NCBI GenBank assembly: GCA_039621445.1
Contig: CP154954.1
Coordinates: 35,201,703-35,265,702 of the forward strand
From: Euglena gracilis
Lineage: Eukaryota
Reading direction: 5' to 3'
DNA: 64,000 nt
Shown: one piece after another, positions 14,747 through 23,252 of the stretch
Layout of the letters: every line of letters starts with the position of its first letter
How positions within the stretch are numbered: position 1 is the first letter of the stretch
The notes under the pieces: model-generated
What the model saw: only the letters and a program-made list of their open reading frames with translations
What the model was told of the DNA's origin: nothing
Databases searched by the model: none
Made by a program: the position numbers and the translations under genes

Positions 14747-14756
14747 TCCCCCTCCC
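14747..14756 (-). promoter_or_regulatory. Polypurine tract (plus-strand primer)
   Basis: Minus strand GGGAGGGGGA directly abuts the start of the 3' LTR. Confidence 0.85.
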
Positions 14757-15129
14757 AGGGCTCTGCCCGATTTCCCTTCTGGACCAGGCCAGTCGGGATG
14801 CCAGGCACAGTCCCAGGTTCAGGGAGACAGTACCAGGATACCATGGTCTGGTTCCCAATTACGGTTACCTTGTTTGGAGCACAAAGCGCAAAAGAATTCT
14901 GACGCGCATGCTGTGCTTTGTGCGTCTTCTTACTTGACACCGTAGTGTCCTTGTGGTCTTGAATCTTCGCGATCAACATGTTATCCACCGAACTTAAGGC
15001 GATTCCGCCATTGTGTCTTGGGACGGCGTTGAAGGCGATGATGAAATGCGTATACACGCTCGAGACTTCGCTCATTGTTTGGGACTACGCCCATTTCAGC
15101 CGAAGCTGATTGTACGAGACAGGAAACCC

Positions 15130-18100
15130 TCAACGTTTGTGGGTTTCCTTGAAGTACTCACCCATGTGTGGGTCTTGTACCAAGGTCATTTCGGTTGGAC
15201 GTAGGTCCAGGGTATCCTTGTCAGGATTATCCATGTCAATCCTGGGGATAACCCAACTTTTGACTTCTTGTATCTCCTTGGGAAGTTCTGTTCTGAGCGT
15301 TTCAGCTCGCTTGTGGAGGTAAATTTGCAAGTTTTCCCAGAAAACTCTCGGAAAAGTTGCAGGCCAAATGTAGTAGTTCCATCTTGGATGATTTGCTGGT
15401 ACCTGTGGTGGCATGCCAGGCATAGCGTTGAAATCAACGTTATGCACGCGGGATGCACAGGCACAACGGGTTATATGGGGTTTCAGAATGGAGCCAACCC
15501 ATTCTGAATAGTGTTCGTATCCATGTCGTTCTGGTGGGTACTCAGGGAGTAACCAACGTTGTGTGGTTTCAGAAACCGTTGAAGGCTTTGTAAACAGTGG
15601 GTAGATGACGCGTTTCCAGTCGTCATCATTGAACAGCAGGGGCAATCGCCCTTTTGTACATTCCACAGCCAGTCTGATTCCGCCGGAATCAGTTTGGAAG
15701 TCAAAGGCGATTCCGCCGCGCTCAAAAGCATCAGCTTTCTTGAAACTTTTGAATTGGTACATTTGTCGTTTCGATTTGTAGTAGTTCAGGAAATCTTCAA
15801 GAACTTCCTCGTTTCCGGGTACGATCTTGAGATTTCCGCCATCTGCGGGCAACCATATGTCTGCCCGTAGGCAGTTGACACAGAAAACTGGTACGTCACG
15901 GTCTCTGTCCTCTTCCGACCACCGGAAGTTGTTCAGTTTTCTCCAGGCAAGCATACAATCACCACAAATCAGGGCGGCTGTGTTTGGCACGAATTCATTG
16001 TGGTGAAAGTTCTTCCGTTTGTTGTCTGCATAACAGACATGCACAGCGGGCATGCTGTTACGGATGTTGTGACAGACTGTACAGAGCCAGGTTGTTTGGC
16101 CATTCGGCCGATTGTCAAACAGGAATGTCTCCCCAAGGTATTGGGCAAACACTCTTGGTGATCTGGCATTGTAGAATCGCCAAATATGTCGAACATAGTA
16201 ATTGTACCTCTCTTCGTTGAAGAAAAGCGGTTGAATCCACTTGTTCAACGGTTGTCCGCGTTCGCGGGCTAATTGTATGTTGACAATGCGTTCTCCGACG
16301 CTCGGCAGGTTGGAGATAATGTCTTCTTGCCAAAGTGTGGCATTATCATCAACCGGCATGTTGTCATCTTGTGAGGTCTCCGACGTTGTATCTTGTCGCG
16401 TTCTACCTCGAATGGTAGAAGTGACCCGGCTTTTCCCGGCCACTTCGGTATATGTCGGGGCTGGTGTGGTAGCGGCTGAGGTTTTCGCCTTCTTTCCTGA
16501 TTTGCTACCACTCCCAGGCGGTGGTGGTTTTGGCTCGTTGTGTCGCTCAGCCGGTTTGCATGGTTCTGCAAGCTGAGGTTTGGCTTTGGACTTACTGCCT
16601 TTCTCTTTCCGCTGCGGCGGAAGAGGGCGTTCTGCAGGCGATTTTGGAGCAGGTTTGGCTGTTGGTGTGGTAGTAGTAGTGGTATTAGATGGTACGTCAG
16701 CAGCCGTCGGTACCACCTGTTCAGGTGTGTGTACCACTACGGGTGTTGTGTCATGTGCTGGCGTTTGTTCGACCGTAGTCGATTCGGTTGTTGTCACCGC
16801 TTCGGGTGTTTGGACATCAACCGCGTCTGCGGCCAGTGTTGTTGTCGAAGCCGGAGCTTCTTGTGTGGTTGCTTCGCCAAGTCCCGTGTCGCGGGGACTT
16901 CGCGTCGAAGAAGAAGACCTCGATCGCACCATTGCAACCATCGAGGCTACGCCACTTCGGACGCTTCCGAGGACGCGTCCGGCGGCTCGTCCGACTTCGG
17001 GTGGTATAAGTATAAAGTCGTTCGGGTCTGTCCATCTTTGTGCCAGTTCTTCGTCAGTGATTTCTCTTACGACTGGCGCATTTGCCCAGACGGAAGGAAC
17101 CGTGTCTGACGAAGGTACAGGGGCTGTCGTGGTTTCGGAAGGCATTTCGGCCATTGTGGGAGTTGTAGGCCGTCCGGCCGTTGGAGGTTCCGTAGGTGTC
17201 TCCGGTTCTGTTTCTGGTAATGGTGTTTGTGGTCGTTGCTGAACAGGCGTTGTGGGTGGCACTTCGGCCCTTAGAGCCTGTTGTACGCTACCTTCTCCGC
17301 TTTCAGAATCCACAGATGCGGAGGAGACGGAGCGTGTACTGTGTTCATTGTCTGTCCCTTCTTCCATTTCCTCATCGCCGGATGATCCAGAAGAGGAAAC
17401 GGATGAAGAGTCCGAAGAGTGTACGGGTGTATGTTCCACCGGCATTGTAGGAGCAGGTGAAGGTGGAGGTAAACGTTCTTCGGAACGTTTAGTTGCAGGC
17501 TTCGCTGCTGTCTTCGTTGTTGTTGTTGTAGATGATGCAGCCATTATAGGTTGTTCAATTGCAGACTGCGCTGCTTCGGACTCCGCCGGCTGGGGTTCAG
17601 GTTCAGGTTCAGGAAGTCTTATACGTGGTCGCAGACGGAAGTTTTGCCATCCGACAAATCTGTTTCCTCCCAATCCGCGAGGAAGCCAGTCCAGTATCGG
17701 GATGGCCAACCCATCCTTATTTGTACGTTTGCCCTTGAAAAATGGGGCAAAGTCCTCTCTTCGGAGGGTTTCGCCAAACAGGCGTTTGATGTACTTCCGT
17801 TTTCCTTCTTCGTCCCATGCAGGTCGAAGAGGGAGGTATTCCTGTGGAAGTGGTTGTTTTGGGTTGAGTAGGTTGTCTGCGGCGTCTGCGCGCCTTGCGT
17901 ATTCGTCGGCTTCGCGACTTCCGTGAAACGTGGCATCACCCTCGTCAGGGTTACCAGGGTAATGCCAAGGTGCACGAGAGAGTAGGTCTGCGACTTTTTG
18001 AGTATGACCTGGTGTGTAAACTACCACCAGGTTGAACTGACTCAAAAATTCGTGCCAGCGGCATCTTCGGCCAACTGAGGACATGGCTTTGTTTAAGTCC

Positions 18101-19716
18101 TCGGTGTACCAGTGTTGGAGAGACTCGTGGTCTGTCAACACTAGTATTTGTACGAGTGAACTGGCGACCCAACTTCGGAATTTTTGTAGGATAAGGACAA
18201 TGGCATACGTCTCCTTTTCTCGTATGCTCCATTTGACTTGTCCTTTTCCGTCTTCACCTTGTAGCTTTCTGCTGAAGAATGCTACAGGGCGCAGTTCATT
18301 GGACGAATTATGTTGACTCAACACACCGCCGACAGCATAGTCGCTGCTGTCGACCTCCAGTACGTATGGTTTGTACGGGTCGGCAATGTCAAGCACAACA
18401 TTGTCCAACATCAGTTGTTTAATTGTCGTTAGCGATTCTCGCATTGTATCATCCCATTGTATCTTTGTATTGTCAGGAGCGCGATTTTTGAGTTGTCGCG
18501 TCAGTGGTACCGCGATTTTCGCGAAATCCTTCATGTAAATCGCGTAATACTGCGCTAAACCCAAAAATCCTTTTAAATGGGTGATTGTCTTGATGTTTTC
18601 AGGTGTCCACTTCTTTATAGCTTCGAGTTTGCTTGGAGATGCTCTCCTTTGTCCGTTATTAAGAATGTGTCCACAAAATTTTATCGTTTCGCGAAACAAA
18701 TGCATTTTCGCGCCTTTGACGAAAAGCAAGTGTTTTTGAAACGTTGTCAGTACGGATCGTATATCGCGGTAGTGAATATCAAGGATATCACTACCCGAAT
18801 TTGTAAGTGGAGGAGGTGTGCCTATCAGCACATCATCAATGTATACCATTGCGAATGGTAAATCTCGTAAAATCCATTGTATCATTCTTTGGAACATGGC
18901 TGGGCCATTCTTAACACCCATTGGTAACACCGTCCATTGGTAAACTCCATGGGAGGTTACAAATGCGGTGTATGGTTGTGAGTCAGGATGTAAGTGCATC
19001 TGGTGAAAACCATCCTCTAAGTCGAAAATGGACCAGAGGCGGTTTTCCGCTTGTTTTGTAATCAGGTCTTCAATAAGTGGTAACGGAAATGGATCGTCCT
19101 TTGTCTGTGAGTTTAAGTATCGGTAATCCAGTACAAGTCTCCACTTTTTCTGTCTAGAAGCATCGGGAGGCTTGGGTACAACAAAAGCTTGTGAGGTCCA
19201 CTCGCTTTTGGAGGGTATGATCCATTTTCGTTCAATCAGTTTTTCGATCATTGTATTGAGAGTTTCTTCTCTTTCGCCTGAACAGCGAAAGAATTTTCGG
19301 TGCATGGGCTGTGCACCTTCTTTGAGTTCGATTTTACAGACACCAAAAGGTCCGCGAATTGCAGGATCTATGTCATGGGCATAGATAGGATGTTCAAGAA
19401 CATCACTGAATTCGCGATTGATCTTTGTACACAGTTCCTGTGATTTGGGATGTTGACCACCGCTTTCTATCACTGCGGATAGTTGGTATGTTTGGTCTTT
19501 CTGACCTTTTTCCCGTAGGAATTTGTCATTGTGGTCAACGGTTCCGAATGCATCGAAGAAACAAACACGAAAAATGATTTCTTTCAATGGTGGTAACATG
19601 ACACCGCAAAAATCTTCAAACAATGGCGTGTCATTCGGTAAATCCCACCACTGAAAAGTGACATACGTCAATTGTTGGAACCATTCCGCTTCGGGATTTA
19701 TAGGAATGAGCAGCAC
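15130..19716 (-). CDS. pol: Pol polyprotein, main ORF: C-terminal half of adenine MTase, reverse transcriptase, RNase H, P/T/S/E-rich linker, RING-like Cys/His domain, unknown C-terminus
   Basis: RT motifs WRLVLDYRYLN, FDLEDGFHQ, LPMGVKNGP, VYIDDVLI; Ty3-type RNase H motifs EVDSSDYAVGGVL, EKETYA, TDHESL, ADLLSR. The frame is open upstream to ~19794 (LWLHPPLKLIP). Confidence 0.93.
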   Translation of the reverse strand: MLLIPINPEAEWFQQLTYVTFQWWDLPNDTPLFEDFCGVMLPPLKEIIFRVCFFDAFGTVDHNDKFLREKGQKDQTYQLSAVIESGGQHPKSQELCTKINREFSDVLEHPIYAHDIDPAIRGPFGVCKIELKEGAQPMHRKFFRCSGEREETLNTMIEKLIERKWIIPSKSEWTSQAFVVPKPPDASRQKKWRLVLDYRYLNSQTKDDPFPLPLIEDLITKQAENRLWSIFDLEDGFHQMHLHPDSQPYTAFVTSHGVYQWTVLPMGVKNGPAMFQRMIQWILRDLPFAMVYIDDVLIGTPPPLTNSGSDILDIHYRDIRSVLTTFQKHLLFVKGAKMHLFRETIKFCGHILNNGQRRASPSKLEAIKKWTPENIKTITHLKGFLGLAQYYAIYMKDFAKIAVPLTRQLKNRAPDNTKIQWDDTMRESLTTIKQLMLDNVVLDIADPYKPYVLEVDSSDYAVGGVLSQHNSSNELRPVAFFSRKLQGEDGKGQVKWSIREKETYAIVLILQKFRSWVASSLVQILVLTDHESLQHWYTEDLNKAMSSVGRRCRWHEFLSQFNLVVVYTPGHTQKVADLLSRAPWHYPGNPDEGDATFHGSREADEYARRADAADNLLNPKQPLPQEYLPLRPAWDEEGKRKYIKRLFGETLRREDFAPFFKGKRTNKDGLAIPILDWLPRGLGGNRFVGWQNFRLRPRIRLPEPEPEPQPAESEAAQSAIEQPIMAASSTTTTTKTAAKPATKRSEERLPPPSPAPTMPVEHTPVHSSDSSSVSSSGSSGDEEMEEGTDNEHSTRSVSSASVDSESGEGSVQQALRAEVPPTTPVQQRPQTPLPETEPETPTEPPTAGRPTTPTMAEMPSETTTAPVPSSDTVPSVWANAPVVREITDEELAQRWTDPNDFILIPPEVGRAAGRVLGSVRSGVASMVAMVRSRSSSSTRSPRDTGLGEATTQEAPASTTTLAADAVDVQTPEAVTTTESTTVEQTPAHDTTPVVVHTPEQVVPTAADVPSNTTTTTTPTAKPAPKSPAERPLPPQRKEKGSKSKAKPQLAEPCKPAERHNEPKPPPPGSGSKSGKKAKTSAATTPAPTYTEVAGKSRVTSTIRGRTRQDTTSETSQDDNMPVDDNATLWQEDIISNLPSVGERIVNIQLARERGQPLNKWIQPLFFNEERYNYYVRHIWRFYNARSPRVFAQYLGETFLFDNRPNGQTTWLCTVCHNIRNSMPAVHVCYADNKRKNFHHNEFVPNTAALICGDCMLAWRKLNNFRWSEEDRDRDVPVFCVNCLRADIWLPADGGNLKIVPGNEEVLEDFLNYYKSKRQMYQFKSFKKADAFERGGIAFDFQTDSGGIRLAVECTKGRLPLLFNDDDWKRVIYPLFTKPSTVSETTQRWLLPEYPPERHGYEHYSEWVGSILKPHITRCACASRVHNVDFNAMPGMPPQVPANHPRWNYYIWPATFPRVFWENLQIYLHKRAETLRTELPKEIQEVKSWVIPRIDMDNPDKDTLDLRPTEMTLVQDPHMGEYFKETHKR

Positions 19717-19955
19717 ACCGCGTGCTTGATCCCGAAGGATCTTGTCAACAACAAGAGGGATAAGTTTCAGAGGTGGATGTAGCCACAGACCACATCACCC
19801 CAAAACTTATCAAACGCATTTGTATGGCTTGACCAGTAATTGGGTAATCGAGAATGTGCCTTGGACGAAAATGCATCAATCTCCAATTGTAGGTCCATCG
19901 ACTTCGCGATTCGCGCGATTTTGGAAAACCAAATTTCCAAAATGCGGTATTGTCC
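19545..19955 (-). other. DIRS/Dam-like DNA N6-adenine methyltransferase domain, split by a -1 frameshift near 19790
   Basis: Joined translation: YRILEIWF..IDAFSSKAHSRLPNYWS..NAFDKFWGD(V/G)LWLHPPLKLIPLVVDKILRDQARGVLLIPINPEAEWFQQL..WWDLP. This follows the DIRS MT pattern IDLFAS..DAF..W..xxPP..LI..VLxK..LIxPxW..WF. Confidence 0.8.
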
Positions 19956-21482
19956 AAAATTGAACGCATTCCAAATGCGGTTCGCGAAAACTGTCGCGGT
20001 TTCAGTCCTGTGGAGGGCTGAAACGCAGTTTACCGAGCCACATCGGTAATGCGGTGTGTCCGAAGACACTTCACCAGGCATTGTACCAAGTGTATCACAC
20101 GCATCAGGTGTATTGTCGAAAGTGTGATTGTTATTGGCATTCTGCCACTTGTATGCAGGCGTATTGGAGGGATTGGCATTCTGCCATTCGGGGTCATAGA
20201 GATTGGCTTTCTGCCCTTGTAAGTCCTCCAGCGCGGTTCTCGCGATTCCAAACAGGGACGCGATTCCGCGTTTGTCCAATTGTCGATGTACTTCAACACA
20301 CAACGGGTAACAACCCGGTGTGTTGTGTTCTCGTTCAGCGTTCCGGGTAAACTCAGTACCGATTTCGGTACCAAGTGTACTCTGGTTGTTGAGTAAGGCG
20401 ATTAGTTTGGAAGGTTCAACAATACATCCACAGTCAAAATCAGGTTGTGTGGAAATTCTCCGGCATTGTGCGCATTGGAAGGAAGTGTCGGTCTGGTAGT
20501 GCATGTCGGTCATGTGTGGTGTGTGCTTGGGGGTGTTGGAAGTTGTAGCTGCTGGGGGGTGTACAGGGGTGTCCGAAATCGACACACCTGGTGGAAAACG
20601 TAAAAGTTGTGCAGCTGGGCGGCTACTCGACACCGAAATTTCTTCAGGCCTTTGGGCTTTCGCCTTGGAACCCAGTGAAACGTGGGGGGTTAAGCTACTC
20701 GCTTTCCCTACCGCATGGGAAACGTGCGGTAAAAGTGTAGTGGGTAGGGGGGCAGCTTTCTCTTTACCCCTAGGGTAGGAAACGGTGTTTTCGGTTGTAG
20801 AAAACGTTGTGGCAAGGCGGGGGGACATCTGGGTAGATGTCTTGGGGGAGAAATTCGGTGGTGTGGGTTGTGTGCGTGAAGTAGTGCGCAAACCGAGGGA
20901 GGGGCAATCCACAACAAGGCGGTTCTGACGCAAGAACGGAAAACCCAAAATTACGTCAGAGCCGCGAATACCCGATTCGTAACTCCAGGTACCCAGAAAA
21001 TTTTGTATATGGGGGGGTTGTGAGTGGTGCTTGGGGATGATGGGGAGGAGTATGTCCAAAAAGCATCCCAAGTCACCACCGCACATGGGGCTGTTGTCAG
21101 CAGTCATAATTTTGATGGGGTACTTGGCTTTCACCAAGAGGGAGTTGGGAATTAATCCCGTTCGGAAGAGAAGGGGAATTCGACACCCTGTGTCGACCAA
21201 AATTTTGCATTTGGTGGAAAAATTTTGTGTTCGGATTTCCGCTTGGACCAAAAGTTCCATGGGGGGTACGCAAAGTGCAGGATCCGGTGTAAAATTGTTG
21301 TCTCTCCAACTGTTCCAGGATCCCGTTCCTACTTTGCTCAGCATTCCAGGCAGAAATTTGGAGTGGGGGGTGGGGGACCCGAAAATTTTCCGGGTACCGA
21401 CCAAAAAGGCAGATGGGCAGGGAAAGTAAGGTTGATCAAGTCCTACTTCCGGCTGTTCATCAGCCCAGAGGTCCGTGCCCAC
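19767..21482 (-). CDS. pol: Pol N-terminal part: retropepsin-like aspartic protease, linker, N-terminal half of MTase
   Basis: ILVDTGC catalytic motif (~21186-21194) and downstream DVILGFPFL. The frame is open from 21497, directly after the gag UAG. Confidence 0.88.
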   Translation of the reverse strand: MGTDLWADEQPEVGLDQPYFPCPSAFLVGTRKIFGSPTPHSKFLPGMLSKVGTGSWNSWRDNNFTPDPALCVPPMELLVQAEIRTQNFSTKCKILVDTGCRIPLLFRTGLIPNSLLVKAKYPIKIMTADNSPMCGGDLGCFLDILLPIIPKHHSQPPHIQNFLGTWSYESGIRGSDVILGFPFLRQNRLVVDCPSLGLRTTSRTQPTPPNFSPKTSTQMSPRLATTFSTTENTVSYPRGKEKAAPLPTTLLPHVSHAVGKASSLTPHVSLGSKAKAQRPEEISVSSSRPAAQLLRFPPGVSISDTPVHPPAATTSNTPKHTPHMTDMHYQTDTSFQCAQCRRISTQPDFDCGCIVEPSKLIALLNNQSTLGTEIGTEFTRNAEREHNTPGCYPLCVEVHRQLDKRGIASLFGIARTALEDLQGQKANLYDPEWQNANPSNTPAYKWQNANNNHTFDNTPDACDTLGTMPGEVSSDTPHYRCGSVNCVSALHRTETATVFANRIWNAFNFGQYRILEIWFSKIARIAKSMDLQLEIDAFSSKAHSRLPNYWSSHTNAFDKFWGDVVCGYIHL

Positions 21483-21500
21483 AGACCTCGGGCTCCCCTA
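21462..21500 (-). promoter_or_regulatory. Putative gag-pol stop-codon readthrough signal (UAG plus stem-loop)
   Basis: TAG (21500-21498) is in frame with pol, followed by GGG then AGCCC-GAGGTC-TGT-GGGC-ACG-GACCTC-T-GGGCT (about 14-bp stem). Confidence 0.7.
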
Positions 21501-21529
21501 CTCCAGGTCCGATTCAGCACTTCGGCTGT

Positions 21530-22327
21530 TTATCGTTTTCTTGTGTGAGTAGATAGCGCGCAATGCGCGGACCGCATTGCGGTCATCCTCCAACGAGGAT
21601 TCAGAGTTCTCATCCCCCTCCCTGCCCGAAGCCGGGGTTCCCTCCTCCAAAGAGGAGATTTTGAACCCGACCTTGTGTTTGTTGTTGTGTTTTGTATCAT
21701 TGTAGTGACGTTGGTTCGGGCGGGAGAGCGAGAACGGTAACATTTGGACGAATGGTGGTTATGTGATCCACAAAGGGAACACTTTTGTCGGTTTTGTGAT
21801 TTTTGTCGGTTTTGTGATGGGCTTTCACCCCTTGGAGGTCTTGGTGAACGGAATCCCGTTCGACCACGGTTCTTGTTGTAATCCGGTTTCCCGGATGACG
21901 ATCGCGAAGAAGATGATCCACTTCGCGAACGTGATCGCGATGAGTCGCGATTTGTATCACGTTTGTAAGGGGGTCGGGGTGATCGACCACGAGGTGCGAT
22001 TGCGTCCGCGGCCGCGGAAAGGAGGACGGGCCTGTTGTCGATAACCCGAGGATTGTGATGGTCCAGATTTGTGTGAAAACCCAGAGGAGCGGAGCTCCGC
22101 GAGGATTGTGAACCCCTTGGGCTCTGATTCCGCTTTCGCGTATCAGGATGGGGGCAGTCTCGGGACATATGCCCCGATTTGTTGCACAAAAAGCAAGTTT
22201 TGTCCGAAGATTGGTCAGATGAGCGCGGATAGCGCGTTTTTGTATCACCCTTTGGAGAGGTTGTGTGTTTTCCATATCCCCGTGGGGATTTTGGAGAAGA
22301 ATCTTTTGTAGGGCACTTACCGTACCG
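21530..22327 (-). CDS. gag: Gag nucleocapsid segment: two CCHC zinc knuckles flanking an RS-rich region
   Basis: CFLCNKSGHMSRDC and CSLCGSHNHHSSKC both fit CX2CX4HX4C; SRSRSRS tract between them. Confidence 0.85.
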   Translation of the reverse strand, partial: RYGKCPTKDSSPKSPRGYGKHTTSPKGDTKTRYPRSSDQSSDKTCFLCNKSGHMSRDCPHPDTRKRNQSPRGSQSSRSSAPLGFHTNLDHHNPRVIDNRPVLLSAAADAIAPRGRSPRPPYKRDTNRDSSRSRSRSGSSSSRSSSGKPDYNKNRGRTGFRSPRPPRGESPSQNRQKSQNRQKCSLCGSHNHHSSKCYRSRSPARTNVTTMIQNTTTNTRSGSKSPLWRREPRLRAGRGMRTLNPRWRMTAMRSAHCALSTHTRKR

Positions 22328-23244
22328 CTAGGGAGACCAGCGGTAGGGTGGTGGGTATAAGCCGATTGTATCTGTCCCAAAAGTTGTGAGAGTTTCATTT
22401 GTTTGGAAACATAGTTCCACCGTTGTTCAAGTGTGAGTTTGTTGTCCGCGAGTTCCTCGCGGTGAATGTCTTTGATAATTGTAGGAATGAAATGGACGAG
22501 AACCGCATCGAATTGTTCTTTCATTTGGTTCTCTCCCAGTTCATCAACCTCAGAAGCCAATCCCAACCATTTGGAATACCAAAGGTCGATTGACTTCCAT
22601 TTTCTGTCACTGGGCGCGAATTGCCGCCATTTTTTCTCAAGCGTAATTCGCGAAATTAGGCTTGAACAAGTTGACGCATATTGGTCAACCAGTTCATCAA
22701 AAGTTATCCGATTCCGGATCACAAGTTGTCGGGCGCGTTCTTTTTCTTCCTTGGGGAGGCAATCAATGAATTCCATCTTGATTACCTCAGGGTTCCCGTC
22801 TTGGGTTGGACCCTTCAAGTCCCAGTAGTATGTCCAATCGCGCCAAAATTGTTTCCAGGTTGTGGGATCTCCGTCCCATTGTGGCTTTACCTTGTTGGCA
22901 ATTGTAATTGTACCTTTGAAATCGCGTTGTGGACCACGATTTCCATCGTAATTGTTGGAGTAAGGTTGTTGTGGTGGCATGCGCGAATGCGCATCCAGGA
23001 TGGTACTCATGGTACCATAGGTACCATGGGGGTTAGGTACATCGCGGTTCCGCGAATTGTATGGATGTGTGTCGCGATTCCGCGATTCGGATTGTAGGGG
23101 GTCGCGATTCCGCGATTCGGGGTGTGGTAACATACCAGGGGGGTAGGAATCCCGTTGTTCACCCGGGAATCGGGGAACCGCGGTAAATTCCGTGTTTCGC
23201 ATTCGCGATTCATGGCCAATACCCGGGGTAGGGGTATGGCTCAT
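21697..23244 (-). CDS. gag: Gag capsid-like segment (true frame probably ends near 22305)
   Basis: PQWDGDPTTWKQFWRDW...FIDCLP...ITFDELVDQY resembles retrotransposon Gag capsid (PxFxG..W..F); located just upstream of the knuckles. Confidence 0.7.
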   Translation of the reverse strand: MSHTPTPGIGHESRMRNTEFTAVPRFPGEQRDSYPPGMLPHPESRNRDPLQSESRNRDTHPYNSRNRDVPNPHGTYGTMSTILDAHSRMPPQQPYSNNYDGNRGPQRDFKGTITIANKVKPQWDGDPTTWKQFWRDWTYYWDLKGPTQDGNPEVIKMEFIDCLPKEEKERARQLVIRNRITFDELVDQYASTCSSLISRITLEKKWRQFAPSDRKWKSIDLWYSKWLGLASEVDELGENQMKEQFDAVLVHFIPTIIKDIHREELADNKLTLEQRWNYVSKQMKLSQLLGQIQSAYTHHPTAGLPSGTVSALQKILLQNPHGDMENTQPLQRVIQKRAIRAHLTNLRTKLAFCATNRGICPETAPILIRESGIRAQGVHNPRGAPLLWVFTQIWTITILGLSTTGPSSFPRPRTQSHLVVDHPDPLTNVIQIATHRDHVREVDHLLRDRHPGNRITTRTVVERDSVHQDLQGVKAHHKTDKNHKTDKSVPFVDHITTIRPNVTVLALPPEPTSLQ

Positions 23245-23252
23245 ACCGCGAA

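Noticed and set aside
14581-15075. 164-aa minus-strand ORF as an env-like gene
   Set aside because: Runs through the PPT into the LTR; no signal peptide or transmembrane segment; likely incidental.
15121-15149. Hairpin AGGAAACCC...GGGTTTCCT over the pol stop codon as a terminator or recoding signal
   Set aside because: Single 9-bp stem in a eukaryotic element, and the stop itself may result from a frameshift; no support for function.
16241-17926. Plus-strand ORFs of 110-224 aa opposite the Pol linker
   Set aside because: Antisense shadows of a low-complexity coding region with few stops; no independent evidence.
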